A DNA stretch of 64,000 nt from Alphaproteobacteria bacterium. GTDB lineage: Bacteria > Pseudomonadota > Alphaproteobacteria > UBA828. Positions 39,226-49,671 of this stretch are shown here, piece by piece. Position 1 is the stretch's first letter; each line of letters starts with the position of its first letter. The translations under genes were made by a program, and so were the position numbers. Below the pieces are notes generated by a model. The model was not told the DNA's origin and ran no database searches. It saw only the letters and a list, made by a program, of their open reading frames with translations. Where the stretch lies: contig OZ243972.1 in assembly GCA_965214705.1 (NCBI GenBank), positions 3,040,001 to 3,104,000 of the forward strand, read 5' to 3'.

Positions 39226-39999
39226 ATGGCGACATTCGACGACTACGCCGAACGGTACCGGCACATCAAGATGGAGCGGCGAAACGGCATTTTGCAGATC
39301 ACCCTTCATAGCGGTGGCGACAGCCTTCGCTGGAGTCTCGGCCCGCATGAGGAGATCGGGCACGCGTTTGCGGATATCGGCGGGGATCCCGACAACGAGG
39401 TCGTGATCATGACCGGGACCGGCGCCGAGTTCTCCGGCCCGAGGGCGTCGGCAGCGACCCGCTCTCCCGCGCACGGCGTCACGGCGCGGGAATGGGGCAG
39501 TATCTACCGGGACGGCAAACAGTTGCTGATGAACCTGCTCAATATCGAAATGCCGATGATCAGCGCCATCAACGGCCCCGCGTGGCGCCACTCGGAGCTC
39601 CCACTGCTCTGCGACATCGTGCTCGCCGCCGAGGATGCCGCATTCCAGGACTCGGCGCACTTCCAGGGTGGTCTCGTCCCGGGAGACGGCGTCCACGTCA
39701 TCTACCCATTGATCATGGGCCTCAACCGGGGCCGCTACTTCCTGCTCACTGGCCAGACGCTCGACGCCCACGAAGCGAAGAACGTGGGCCTCGTCAACGA
39801 AGTGCTGCCACGGGGCGAGGTGCTGCCCCGCGCCTGGGAACTGGCGGAGCAAATGATGCAACAGTCCTCTCTCGTGCGGCGCTACACCCGGGTCATGCTC
39901 ACCCAGTACGTCAAGAGGGCGATGCACGATCTCCTGGGGTACGGGCTCGCGCTGGAGGGGCTCGCCGTCCTGGAGGCGGCGGAGGACGGCGAATCATAG
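39226..39999 (+). CDS. crotonase-family enzyme, 6-oxocamphor/beta-diketone hydrolase-like
   Basis: ISAINGPAWRHSE..LLCDIV, FQDSAHF..GLVPGDG, RGRYFLLTGQ. Confidence 0.8.
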   Translation: MATFDDYAERYRHIKMERRNGILQITLHSGGDSLRWSLGPHEEIGHAFADIGGDPDNEVVIMTGTGAEFSGPRASAATRSPAHGVTAREWGSIYRDGKQLLMNLLNIEMPMISAINGPAWRHSELPLLCDIVLAAEDAAFQDSAHFQGGLVPGDGVHVIYPLIMGLNRGRYFLLTGQTLDAHEAKNVGLVNEVLPRGEVLPRAWELAEQMMQQSSLVRRYTRVMLTQYVKRAMHDLLGYGLALEGLAVLEAAEDGES

Positions 40000-40074
40000 A
40001 TATCAGGAACTGGCAAGTGCGGACGAGCCTCGGAGCAGGTCGGTCACGCGACCCTTGTGATCAGGATATCGGCC

Positions 40075-41322
40075 TCAGAAGCGGTCGGCTCGAAACGGCG
40101 TCATGTCGGCGACCGTGGAGCGGCCCGCCGCCATGTCCGCGATGGCCCGGCCGGTGGCCGCTGCCAGCGTCAGGCCGATATGGCCGTGGCCGAAGGCCAG
40201 AAGGACACCGGGCTCGCCCTCGATACCTGAAATGACCGGCTTCGAATCGGGAAAGGAGGGCCGCGGACCCATCCAGCGCTCGACCTGTGCGGTTCCAAGC
40301 CCCGGATAGAATCGGGAGGCATGTTTGAGCAAGACCTCGGCGCGCGCATCGTTCGGCGGCGCGTCGAGGCCGGCGAGCTCGACCGTGCCGGCGACACGCA
40401 GGCCATCGGCCATCGGCGTGCAGTAGAAGCCGCGCGCCTCGGACCCGACGGGTATCCGGAGATCGAGACCCGGATCCCGCAGCATGACGTGATAGCCCCG
40501 CTCCGTATCGAGGGGCAGCCTTGCGCCGAGCGGTCGGACAAGCGCGCGCGACCATGCTCCGGCGGCGACGACCACGAGTTCGGCGTCGACGGGGTCCTCT
40601 CCGGTCACGACCTGGCGCAGTCCCGGTTCCTTCGTAACGATGCCGCGCGCCTCGGCTCTGACCATGCTGCCGCCCTTGCGGAAGAAATCTGCGGCAAGGG
40701 CCCGTGTAAGGCGCACGGGGCTCGCCACGCTGTTGACGTCGGGCCGATAGGTGCCTCCCTTGAAGATCGCTGCAAGCGCGGGCTCGATCTGGCGAATCTC
40801 GTCCGCGCTGACTTCTTCGGTCTTACCGCCGTGGCGTTGTCGCAATGCGCGGTCGCCGCGAGCGAATTCTAACTCTGCTTCCGTCTCATGGACGAGGAGC
40901 GCGCCCCGCCGATAGATCAGGTCTTCTGCGCCGGCGTTCTTGATGAGCGGCGCGTAGGCCTCCTCGGACTGGCTGGTCAGGGTCGCCACCTCTGCGGTGA
41001 TCGTCTCTACACGCTCAGCCGTCCCCGCCCGGATGAAGCGCCAGAGCCAGGGCGCGGCACGCGGCACATAAGTCCAGCGCACCGCGAAAGGCCCCAGCGA
41101 GTCCAGCAGCATGGCCGGTACACGCCGGAGCAGGCCCGGCCTAGCGATTGGGGGCACTGCGCTCGTCGCGATCAGGCCCGCGTTGCCGAACGAGCACGCC
41201 TCCCCCGGCTCTCGCGGGTCGATCAGCGTGACCCGCCAGCCGTCACGCTGAAGATAGAGCGCACAGCAGGTGCCGACGATACCGGCACCGATCACTGCCG
41301 CCCTTTTCCCATCCGCCGTCAT
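40075..41322 (-). CDS. FAD-dependent oxidoreductase, D-amino acid dehydrogenase (DadA) family
   Basis: VIGAGIVG, SFGNAG, ERGYH, WMGPRP..PDS.PVI, FGHGHIGLT. Confidence 0.88.
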   Translation of the reverse strand: MTADGKRAAVIGAGIVGTCCALYLQRDGWRVTLIDPREPGEACSFGNAGLIATSAVPPIARPGLLRRVPAMLLDSLGPFAVRWTYVPRAAPWLWRFIRAGTAERVETITAEVATLTSQSEEAYAPLIKNAGAEDLIYRRGALLVHETEAELEFARGDRALRQRHGGKTEEVSADEIRQIEPALAAIFKGGTYRPDVNSVASPVRLTRALAADFFRKGGSMVRAEARGIVTKEPGLRQVVTGEDPVDAELVVVAAGAWSRALVRPLGARLPLDTERGYHVMLRDPGLDLRIPVGSEARGFYCTPMADGLRVAGTVELAGLDAPPNDARAEVLLKHASRFYPGLGTAQVERWMGPRPSFPDSKPVISGIEGEPGVLLAFGHGHIGLTLAAATGRAIADMAAGRSTVADMTPFRADRF

Positions 41323-41647
41323 CGTTCAGGGATCCGGGACGGAGCCTCCGGCTCGTGAGCGCCGCTGACCACAGAGATGCGAGTCTCCGGCATACGGTTT
41401 GCAAACCGGGGCCATCGGTGCGAAGTGCGGCGGACGCAGTTTCCATGCTACAGTATCGGCTGGCCGGGGGAGCGCAAGATGCCGATTCTGACCGGCGTGA
41501 GACGCGGCGCCCGCCATGGCTCGGCCGCGCACCAAAGTGCAGCGAGGGAGCCGGCCTCGTGAACACCGCGCGCCAAAGCGCGAACGATATCTATCAGATC
41601 AACGGTTGTGCGCCGCTCGTGCTGGCGAGCGGCGGGAGGGTTCAGGG

Positions 41648-43327
41648 ATGAACGTATCGTCGCGGGCGAATGCGTCTGACCCGATCACGCTCGAGGTCGT
41701 TCGGCACAAGCTCGACGGCATCGCGAACGAGATGGAGGTGACGCTCCTGAAGAGCTCGTTTTCTCCGATTGTGAAGGAGGGCCAGGACGCATCTGCGACA
41801 CTGTTCACGGTGGAGGGGGAGACCCTGGCGCAGGCGATTGCGATCCCGATTCACATGGCGACCCTGATCCCGATCGTTCGGACGATCCTGCGCACCCATC
41901 CGCTGTCAGACGTGCGCGCGGGCGACATCTACATCATGAACGACCCCTATCTGGGGGGCACGCATCTGCCGGACATCGCGTTGGTGATGCCGGTATTTCA
42001 CGAAGGGACGGCGGTGGCGCTGAGCGCGTGTCTCACGCATCACCAGGACGTTGGCGGCATGACGCCGGGATCGATCCCGACGAACGCAACGGAGATTTTC
42101 CAGGAGGGCGTCCGAATTCCGCCGCTGAAGCTGTGGGACGCGGGCCGGGTGAACGAGACGCTGGTGGGACTGTTGAAGCGCAATGTTCGTGCGCCGGAAA
42201 TATTCATGGGCGATCTGAACGCGCAGATTGCAGCATGCACGGTTGGCGCGCGGCGAGTACGTGAGCTTGCGTCGCGTTATGGCCACAACCGCCTGGTTGG
42301 GATATTCGCAGAGCTGCTGGATCGGTCGGAGGCGATGACGCGGGCGGCGTTGAGCCGGATCCCGCCAGGTACGTATCGCAATGTGGACCATCTGGACAAT
42401 GACGGGATCGAACTCGACCGTCGGGTTCGGGTTGAGGTTGCGGTGACTGTCGGTGACGGCGCGGTGTCGTGCGACTTCACGGGGACGTCGGACCAGGTGA
42501 AGGGACCGATGAATTGCGTGCCGTCCGGCTCCTATGCGGCGGCGTACTTTGCGGTTCGCGCCGTGACGGACCCGAGCATTCCGACCAACGGCGGCTGCTT
42601 CCGGCCGGTCGAGCTGACGCTCCCGGAAGGTAGTCTCGTCAATCCCATCGAACCCGCACCGGTCAATGCGAGGACTCCCACGATCAAGCTGATCACGAAC
42701 ACCATCCTGGGCGCTCTGAGGGACGCATTGCCAGATAGGATTCCGGCGGACAGCGCCGGCGAGACGATCACGCAGGTCTTCGGAATGAAACGCGCCGACG
42801 GCGCCTCATTCGTCGCGGGCGAGATGCTGGCGGGCGGCAGCGGCGCGAGCAACGGCGACGATGGCATCGACGTGATCGATACCGACGCGACCAACTGCAT
42901 GAACCTGCCGGTCGAGTCCTTGGAGACGGACCTGCCGATACGTCTCAGGCGCTTCGAGCTGGTCTGCGATTCGGGCGGGGCCGGGCGCCGGCGAGGTGGC
43001 CTCGGCAGCATCCGGGAATACGAAATTCTGGACGGGGAGATCACCTTCAGCCACCGGGGCGAGCGCTACTTCCAGGCCTGCGCCGGCTCATCGGGCGGCG
43101 AGGCCGGAGCGTCGGCAAGCGGCAGCGTCTATCGAGCGGACGGGGGTGAGGAGACGGTCCCATCCAAGCTCGCGGGCGTGCTCCGCAAGGGTGACCGTCT
43201 GGTGCTCAAGACGCCGGGCGGGGGCGGCTTCGGCGATCCCAAGGAACGCGACCGTGCCCTCGTCGAGGACGACGTTCGGAACGGCAAGGTCAGCGACAAG
43301 GCTGCGCGGGAGGTCTACGGCCTGTAG
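41648..43327 (+). CDS. hydantoinase B / oxoprolinase-family protein
   Basis: DPITLEV, NDPYLGGTHLPD, HHQDVGG, DSGGAG..RGG, TPGGGGFGDP. Confidence 0.9.
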   Translation: MNVSSRANASDPITLEVVRHKLDGIANEMEVTLLKSSFSPIVKEGQDASATLFTVEGETLAQAIAIPIHMATLIPIVRTILRTHPLSDVRAGDIYIMNDPYLGGTHLPDIALVMPVFHEGTAVALSACLTHHQDVGGMTPGSIPTNATEIFQEGVRIPPLKLWDAGRVNETLVGLLKRNVRAPEIFMGDLNAQIAACTVGARRVRELASRYGHNRLVGIFAELLDRSEAMTRAALSRIPPGTYRNVDHLDNDGIELDRRVRVEVAVTVGDGAVSCDFTGTSDQVKGPMNCVPSGSYAAAYFAVRAVTDPSIPTNGGCFRPVELTLPEGSLVNPIEPAPVNARTPTIKLITNTILGALRDALPDRIPADSAGETITQVFGMKRADGASFVAGEMLAGGSGASNGDDGIDVIDTDATNCMNLPVESLETDLPIRLRRFELVCDSGGAGRRRGGLGSIREYEILDGEITFSHRGERYFQACAGSSGGEAGASASGSVYRADGGEETVPSKLAGVLRKGDRLVLKTPGGGGFGDPKERDRALVEDDVRNGKVSDKAAREVYGL

Positions 43328-43399
43328 ACCACGAGTGGATAACCAAGAGAACACCGACAAAGAATTACTCAGGGAAATGAAGATAGGGAGGCCTAACCA

Positions 43400-44599
43400 A
43401 TGCGCAAGATAACGATGCTGGGCGCAATCGCTGCGCTCGTAGCCGGTGGCTTGGTTCAGACCGCGGCCGCCGAGGAGGAATCCATAACGGTGGGCTTCGC
43501 GATCGCACAATCCGGCTGGATGCAACCGTACGACATTGGGCCGGCGCGCATGGCAGAGCTTGCCATCGAGGAGATCAATCAACGCGGCGGCTTGCTCGGG
43601 CGACAGCTTGTGACCAGCTATGCCGACACCAAGACCGACGTGGCGCAGAGCGCGAAGGCCGGCGGAGAGCTCATCGATGAAGGCGCCGACTTCCTGGTCC
43701 TGAGCTGCGACTACGACTACGGCTCGCCGGCCGCGCTTGCCGCCGAGGATGCCGGCGTCGTGTCAATGTCAACCTGCGCGGGCGACCCCCTCATGGGCAT
43801 TCAGGGCGTTGGACCGCACACCTTTACCGCGGCGCTCGCGGCACAGGTCCAGGGCGCCGTCGCCGCGGAATGGGGCTATCAGACGAAGGGCTATCGCAAC
43901 GCCTACGTTCTTCTCGATACCTTCATCGAGTTCAACAAGTCGGTCTGCGCGGGGTTTGACTGGGCCTGGGAGCGTTTACCTGACGCCAAGGTCGCGGGCA
44001 ACGATACTTTCCATTTCAATGATCCGTCGATTGCTTCGCAGATCACGCGCATCAAGAACAGCGCCGAGCAGCCGGACGTCATCATGATCTGCTCGTTCCC
44101 ACCCGGTGGCGCGACGGCGATCCGCCAGATGCGGGCGGCCGGTATCGACGTGCCGATCCTCGCGGGGCAGGGCTTCGAGGGTAACTTCTGGCTCGAATCC
44201 GTGCCGAATCTTGGTGAGTTCTATCTGATGGGCGTCGGGTCGGTCTACGGCAATGACCCGCGCGAAAAGGTTCGCGAAGTGGTCGACAACTACAAGAAGA
44301 AGTACGACGAGCCGCCGGTCTCGGCCCATAGCCTGACCGGCTATCTGGTCATCGAGATGTGGGCGAACGCGGTGGAGAAGGCGGGAACGACGGAAGGCGG
44401 AGCGGTGGTCGCTGCGCTCGAGTCCTTTCGAGACGAGTCGACTTTCGTTGGCCCGAGGACGTTCACCGACGAACTCCATATCGCAAATCAGGGCACATTC
44501 CTCATGCTCGAGGTCGTCGACGGACAGCACAACGCGCTCGACCTCTTCACCAACCAGGATCCGGTGCCCGAGAACGTGCTCTTCCGGGTCAAGGAGTAA
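43400..44599 (+). CDS. ABC substrate-binding protein, LivJ/K-like
   Basis: Signal peptide; LAIEEINQRGGLLGRQL..DTK. Confidence 0.85.
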   Translation: MRKITMLGAIAALVAGGLVQTAAAEEESITVGFAIAQSGWMQPYDIGPARMAELAIEEINQRGGLLGRQLVTSYADTKTDVAQSAKAGGELIDEGADFLVLSCDYDYGSPAALAAEDAGVVSMSTCAGDPLMGIQGVGPHTFTAALAAQVQGAVAAEWGYQTKGYRNAYVLLDTFIEFNKSVCAGFDWAWERLPDAKVAGNDTFHFNDPSIASQITRIKNSAEQPDVIMICSFPPGGATAIRQMRAAGIDVPILAGQGFEGNFWLESVPNLGEFYLMGVGSVYGNDPREKVREVVDNYKKKYDEPPVSAHSLTGYLVIEMWANAVEKAGTTEGGAVVAALESFRDESTFVGPRTFTDELHIANQGTFLMLEVVDGQHNALDLFTNQDPVPENVLFRVKE

Positions 44600-44623
44600 A
44601 CTTAGGCGGTATTTGTAACGTTC

Positions 44624-44664
44624 GCGCGGGGCAAGCCGGACGCTGGGTCCCAACTGCCCCGCGC
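44624..44664. terminator. hairpin between convergent genes
   Basis: gcgcggggca (44624-44633) / tgccccgcgc (44655-44664); no clear U tract. Confidence 0.45.
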
Positions 44665-46464
44665 TTACGTCTGGTCCAGGTCGGCGCGGCAATCGCGCGT
44701 TGCGTCGTCGTCGACGGCAAGCGAGTCGTCCGAGGCCGAGCCTGTCAGCACCACGCCGTACACGTCGCGAGCGCGCTCCGGCGTTTCCCAATCCTCCAGC
44801 ACGTCGTGCAGCACCCGCGTGGGCGTGCGTTCCAGCGGGTCACCGTAGCCGGCACCGCCGCCCTCGAGACCGCGAATCAATTCGTTGGGCACGACATCGA
44901 CCTGCACGAAGTTCGCGAGCTTGGTCTCATCACCGTTCGCGCTGATCTTGTAGGTCGCAGCCAGATAGCCGTCTTCTCCGCCGCGCGCGCCCTTGGGCGC
45001 GAAGTGCTGGCCGTCGGACGGGATTATGACCGTCATGGTATGCGCCTTCGGCCCGTAGATCACCTCGGTTGCCGGTGCCCCGCGGTAGCGCCCGGCGCCA
45101 CCCGTGCCCGCGACGATCCTGATCGATTGCACTTCTATGGGATACTTCGCCTCGTTGAGCTCGACGCTGTCGCGGTAGACCATGCCCGAGCCCGTCGGCA
45201 TGCAATAATTCAGCCAGCCGTCGGCTTCGGGCCCGCCGGGTCCGCCGCCGAGGCTCAGGAACAACTGGTTGATGTAGGGTTCGTTGCCGCGGCGCGCGTC
45301 GTACCCGGAGACCACGGCCATCGCCGCACCCATGCTTACGGCGCCTTCTGCCAGACCATAGCCGTCGCCCAGCATGGCAAAGGCGCCCTGCGTCGCATTG
45401 ACCAGGCGCTCGCCGACATTCGTCGTCGAGACCGAGCAGCTATGTGGGAAAGATGGGCGGCCAACGACGCAGCCGTCCCTCAGATGCACGTTGATACGAC
45501 GGAACGAGCCGGAGTTGTGCGGGATGTCGGATTCGACGCAATTGAAGATGCCGGTGACGACATTGTTGAGGCTGCACACCTCCGACTCGTTGAGCCCGCA
45601 GTCGACGCAGTCGATGTTGTCGCGCAGGTCGATATCGATCATCGCGCTGTCCGGATCGACTTCGACGATGACCTTGACCGGGATTCCATCCGGAAGAATC
45701 GGTTCCAGCGGGTCGTGGGCGCCCGTGTTGACGAGCCGCGCCTTCGGCAGCTCGCGGATGGCCTGGGCCATCCGCTCCTCGGAGTAGTCCAGCCACGTCT
45801 CCGTGAAGGACTTGATCGCGTCCTTGCCGTACTTGGCACAGAATTGCTTCAGGCGGCGTTCCCCGATACGGGCCGCTCCCAGCGCCGCGAGGAAGTCGCC
45901 GTACCATTGCTCGGGCACGCGAATTCGCGTGCGGCACATGCGAATGATGTCGTCGACCATATCATAGTCGCGCTGAACACGGACGCAGGGGAAGATGAGC
46001 GCGCCCTCCTCGTAAATGTCCTTTGCGAATGCGTGATAGGTCGACGGAACGCTGTTGCCGATGTCCGCCTGATGGGCCTTCGCACAGACCGTGAAGAGCT
46101 GCTCGCCTTCAAAGAACACTGGCACCATGACGGTCTGATCCGCGGCGTGAGTGTTGCCGAGATAGGGATCGTTATGGAGAAAGGCATCGCCTTCCGCCAA
46201 GTCGTCATGCAGATCGTGCATGGACTTGGTCTGATAATGGGAGCCAAAGATATGCACCGGCAGCCCCTCGGCGACCGAAATAAGCTGGTCATCCGCAGTA
46301 ACGACAGCGCAAGAAAAATCCCGCGCGGCGGCAATTACGTTGGAGCGTGCCGCGCGCAATAGCGTGTTGGACATCTCGCGCACGATGCCGTCGAGGCGGT
46401 TGGCCAGGACAGCGGTGAGCACAGTATCGCTACCAAGGCGGCGAGACCCTTGTTCAGCAGCCAT
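44665..46464 (-). CDS. hydantoinase B / oxoprolinase-family protein
   Basis: RDFSCA, HNDPYLGNTHAAD, AHQADIG, GGGAGYGDPLER. Confidence 0.9.
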   Translation of the reverse strand: MAAEQGSRRLGSDTVLTAVLANRLDGIVREMSNTLLRAARSNVIAAARDFSCAVVTADDQLISVAEGLPVHIFGSHYQTKSMHDLHDDLAEGDAFLHNDPYLGNTHAADQTVMVPVFFEGEQLFTVCAKAHQADIGNSVPSTYHAFAKDIYEEGALIFPCVRVQRDYDMVDDIIRMCRTRIRVPEQWYGDFLAALGAARIGERRLKQFCAKYGKDAIKSFTETWLDYSEERMAQAIRELPKARLVNTGAHDPLEPILPDGIPVKVIVEVDPDSAMIDIDLRDNIDCVDCGLNESEVCSLNNVVTGIFNCVESDIPHNSGSFRRINVHLRDGCVVGRPSFPHSCSVSTTNVGERLVNATQGAFAMLGDGYGLAEGAVSMGAAMAVVSGYDARRGNEPYINQLFLSLGGGPGGPEADGWLNYCMPTGSGMVYRDSVELNEAKYPIEVQSIRIVAGTGGAGRYRGAPATEVIYGPKAHTMTVIIPSDGQHFAPKGARGGEDGYLAATYKISANGDETKLANFVQVDVVPNELIRGLEGGGAGYGDPLERTPTRVLHDVLEDWETPERARDVYGVVLTGSASDDSLAVDDDATRDCRADLDQT

Positions 46465-46477
46465 GTTTCCCGTTCTC

Positions 46478-48583
46478 CTATTCTGCGCCCGTCTCGTCGT
46501 CCGTCCCCCTGATCGTGAGAAGGAAGTTGCCGGCTCCGCTGAGCCGGGCGGACATTCCCGGATAGACGACGATGGTTGTGGTCGGCTCTTCGACGATGGC
46601 GGGCCCTTGGACCCGGCTTCCGGGGGCGAACGCGGCGCCCAGGTAGATCGGGACTTCGGTCGTTCCCCCCTCGCCGAAGAAGGCCTCGCGTCTGCTGTGC
46701 ACCGGGGGCTCGCCGGCGGCTTCCGGTTCGCCGACACGGTCTCCTTGAGCACGCGAGAGATGCACCGTGATCCTGCCCTTCCAGTTCAGGCACTCGACCG
46801 GGTTGCCCTCGTCGACGACGGCAAAGACGCGCTCGTGGACAGCATGGAACGCAGCTATCAGCTTGTCCACGTCGGCAACGCTGCGAAACCGCCGACTCGG
46901 CAATGCCACGTCGAGTTCCCAGACCTGATAGAGGTAGCGCGCTTCGACGAAGAGCTCCAACTCGAAGGATTCCAGGCCGCGGCCCTCGAGCGTCGTCTTG
47001 AACCGCATGAGCTCGTCCTCGATGCTCTGCAGCACGCCGTTAACACCGTCGTAATCGAAGTCGTTGGTGATCGTGAGGCGGCTCACGCTGTGCTCGGCGA
47101 CGATGTCCGACAGCTGCATCCCCCACGCGCTCAGCGCGCCGGCGGTGCGCGGCAGGACGATGCTCTCGCAGCCGAGCTCCCTGGCGATCGGCATGATGCT
47201 CAACCCTGCAGCGCCGCCACCTGCGACGAGGGTGCTCTCCTGCGGGTTGATTCCCTGATTGATGGTGATTTCCTGGATCGCCTTGATCATATGCTCGTTG
47301 GCGAGGGTCATGATCGAGAACGCTGCCTGCTCTACCGACTGATCGAGATTCTCCGCCACACCCGTGACGACCCGGCGTGCGGCGACGGTGTCGAGCTTCA
47401 TGCGCCCGCCCAGGAAGTAGTCGGGATCGAGGTAGCCGAGCACGAGCGCCGCGTCCGTTACCGTGGGCTCGTCGCCGCCGCGTCCGTAGCAGGCGGGACC
47501 CGGGTCGGCGCCGGCGCTTTGCGGCCCGACTCGCAACAGACCCCCCGAATCAATCCAGGCGATCGACCCTCCGCCCGCCCCGATACTCCGGACATCGACC
47601 GAGGACATGCTGATGATGTGACCGGTCCATTGGCCTCCGAGCCACGTGTCGCGGGTGAACACCAGCCGGCCATCCCGCACCAGGCCGACATCGAACGTGG
47701 TGCCGCCAGTGTCACAAATCACGACGTCGTCGGCGAGGTCCTCGACCTCGGCACACGCGCGGCCCGCGACCGGTGCCATCGCCGGGCCCGACTTGATGCT
47801 GTGTATCGGCCTCTCAGCAAGCGCCTCGACATGCATGCAGCCGCCTACGGAGGTGCTGATGAGGACTTCGCCCTGGTAGCCGGCGGCGCGCAAGTCCTGA
47901 TTCATCTCGCGCAGATGGCTCTGCATGAGCGGCTTCAGGGAGGCGTCGATCGCCGTCGCCGAAGCGCGACGGTATTCGCGGATGATGGGGATGAGCTTGT
48001 GGGAGAGCGTGTAGGGCACGTCTGGCAGGTGTTTCTCGATCAAGTCGGCCATAGCCAGTTCATGAACCGGATTGACGTTGGACCAGAGAAAACACACGGC
48101 GACCGCTTCGAAATTCTGCGCATTAAGTCTCTCGATAATCTCGGTCGCGCTGGCGACATCGAGCGGGATCCTGACCTCAGCCTCCGAGCTGATCCGCTCC
48201 GACACCTCGAACGTGTAGCGCCGCGGGATATAGGGCTCAGGATAATCGATGCTGAAGTCGTGAGGGTGGTACTTGCCACCTTCGCGGAAAACGAGAATGT
48301 CCCGGAAGCCTTCGGTGGTGACCAGGGCCGTCTTGGCGACGGTGTTCTGGACGATCGCATTGGCTGCCCGCGTGGTGCCGTAAATCAGGATGGTCGTCTG
48401 GCCGAGCAGCTCGTCGAGCCCCATGTCCAGACCGGCCGCAGCAGCCTCCATCGCCGCCCGCATACCGCTGAATATGCGATCCGGCGTCGTCAGCGCCTTC
48501 TCCGTGAGGAGCACGCCCGTCTCGTCGGCGACCACGACATCGGTGAAGGTGCCGCCCGTATCCACAGAGATTCGGTAAGCCAT
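46478..48583 (-). CDS. hydantoinase A / oxoprolinase-family protein
   Basis: ISVDTGGTFTD, GTT, SGPA, DTGGTTFDV, IGAGGGS, PTVTDA; alternative start at 48601. Confidence 0.9.
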   Translation of the reverse strand: MAYRISVDTGGTFTDVVVADETGVLLTEKALTTPDRIFSGMRAAMEAAAAGLDMGLDELLGQTTILIYGTTRAANAIVQNTVAKTALVTTEGFRDILVFREGGKYHPHDFSIDYPEPYIPRRYTFEVSERISSEAEVRIPLDVASATEIIERLNAQNFEAVAVCFLWSNVNPVHELAMADLIEKHLPDVPYTLSHKLIPIIREYRRASATAIDASLKPLMQSHLREMNQDLRAAGYQGEVLISTSVGGCMHVEALAERPIHSIKSGPAMAPVAGRACAEVEDLADDVVICDTGGTTFDVGLVRDGRLVFTRDTWLGGQWTGHIISMSSVDVRSIGAGGGSIAWIDSGGLLRVGPQSAGADPGPACYGRGGDEPTVTDAALVLGYLDPDYFLGGRMKLDTVAARRVVTGVAENLDQSVEQAAFSIMTLANEHMIKAIQEITINQGINPQESTLVAGGGAAGLSIMPIARELGCESIVLPRTAGALSAWGMQLSDIVAEHSVSRLTITNDFDYDGVNGVLQSIEDELMRFKTTLEGRGLESFELELFVEARYLYQVWELDVALPSRRFRSVADVDKLIAAFHAVHERVFAVVDEGNPVECLNWKGRITVHLSRAQGDRVGEPEAAGEPPVHSRREAFFGEGGTTEVPIYLGAAFAPGSRVQGPAIVEEPTTTIVVYPGMSARLSGAGNFLLTIRGTDDETGAE

Positions 48584-48597
48584 GCTCGATCTCCCGG

Positions 48598-49671
48598 TCA
48601 TCGCTTCGGCAGGGCCGTGCCGATCGGGCGCGCCCTATAGGTGTAGTCGCGCCACGGCCACAGGACCTCCCGGTTCCGCGTCAGCCCGCCCCGGCGAAAC
48701 AGCAGGATGAGCAGCATCACGATGGCGAGACCGATTTCCTGCCCACCGAGCGGGATCGATAGCGCGGCACCAGCAACGTCGACGCCCCCCTCCAGTTGCC
48801 GCAGCAGCTCGATCAGCGTGGACAAGATTACTACACCCACGACGGCGCCCGTTAGGCTTCTCATGCCGCCCACCACCAGCATCGCAAGCGTGATGAAGGT
48901 CAGATCCAGGTAAAAGGAATTGACGATGAGGGCGCCAATGAAGTGCGCGTGCAGCACGCCCCCGATCCCTGCAAAGAATGCGCTGAGCGTGAACGCGATG
49001 AGACGCTGGCGAAGCACGTCAACGCCGGCCGATCTCGCCGCTGTCTCGTCCTCCCGGGAGGATTGCAGCGCGAGACCGTAGCGCGAGATCTGGTAGAGCT
49101 GCGCGGCGGCGATTGCGGCAACGGCCCAGGCGAGGGCGACCCAGGCATCAACATACTTCGGAATGCCCACGATCGAGCTCGTGCCAGCAGTCACAGATTC
49201 CCAGTTGCTGTAGACGATGTGGACGATGGCGAGAAAGCTGAACGTGCCGATGGCGGCTGCGAGACCGCGAAGGCGCATCAGCACCAAGCCGATGAGGAAG
49301 CCCACCAAGGCGGCAAGCAGGCCGGACATTATCGCGGCCGGAAAGAGGGGCACCGTCGTGTCGATGAGTGCATCCGGCAGGCCCGTCAGCTTGAGCTTCT
49401 TGAGCGACGGTCGGCACGTCTGCCAGGCAACTGCGTAAGCGCCGATTGCGGTGAAGGCGATATGACCGAAGGAGAGCACGCCCGAATTGCCGACGAAGAT
49501 GTAGAGTGCGACGACCAGCACAATGCGGATCAGCCCCTCGGTGACGGTCCTCTCCAGGCCCCGGTCACCGAAGCTCGCTACCAGCGCAACGATGACGAGG
49601 AGCCCTGCGGACAAAACCAGAAACGGCCAAATCCGTTGAGCCAGACCAACGAGTAGCGCGGCGCGGATCAT
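48598..49671 (-). CDS. branched-chain-type ABC permease, LivM-like
   Basis: G.LSFGH.AF..IGAY, REDETAA, VVGGM.SL.G. Confidence 0.85.
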   Translation of the reverse strand: MIRAALLVGLAQRIWPFLVLSAGLLVIVALVASFGDRGLERTVTEGLIRIVLVVALYIFVGNSGVLSFGHIAFTAIGAYAVAWQTCRPSLKKLKLTGLPDALIDTTVPLFPAAIMSGLLAALVGFLIGLVLMRLRGLAAAIGTFSFLAIVHIVYSNWESVTAGTSSIVGIPKYVDAWVALAWAVAAIAAAQLYQISRYGLALQSSREDETAARSAGVDVLRQRLIAFTLSAFFAGIGGVLHAHFIGALIVNSFYLDLTFITLAMLVVGGMRSLTGAVVGVVILSTLIELLRQLEGGVDVAGAALSIPLGGQEIGLAIVMLLILLFRRGGLTRNREVLWPWRDYTYRARPIGTALPKR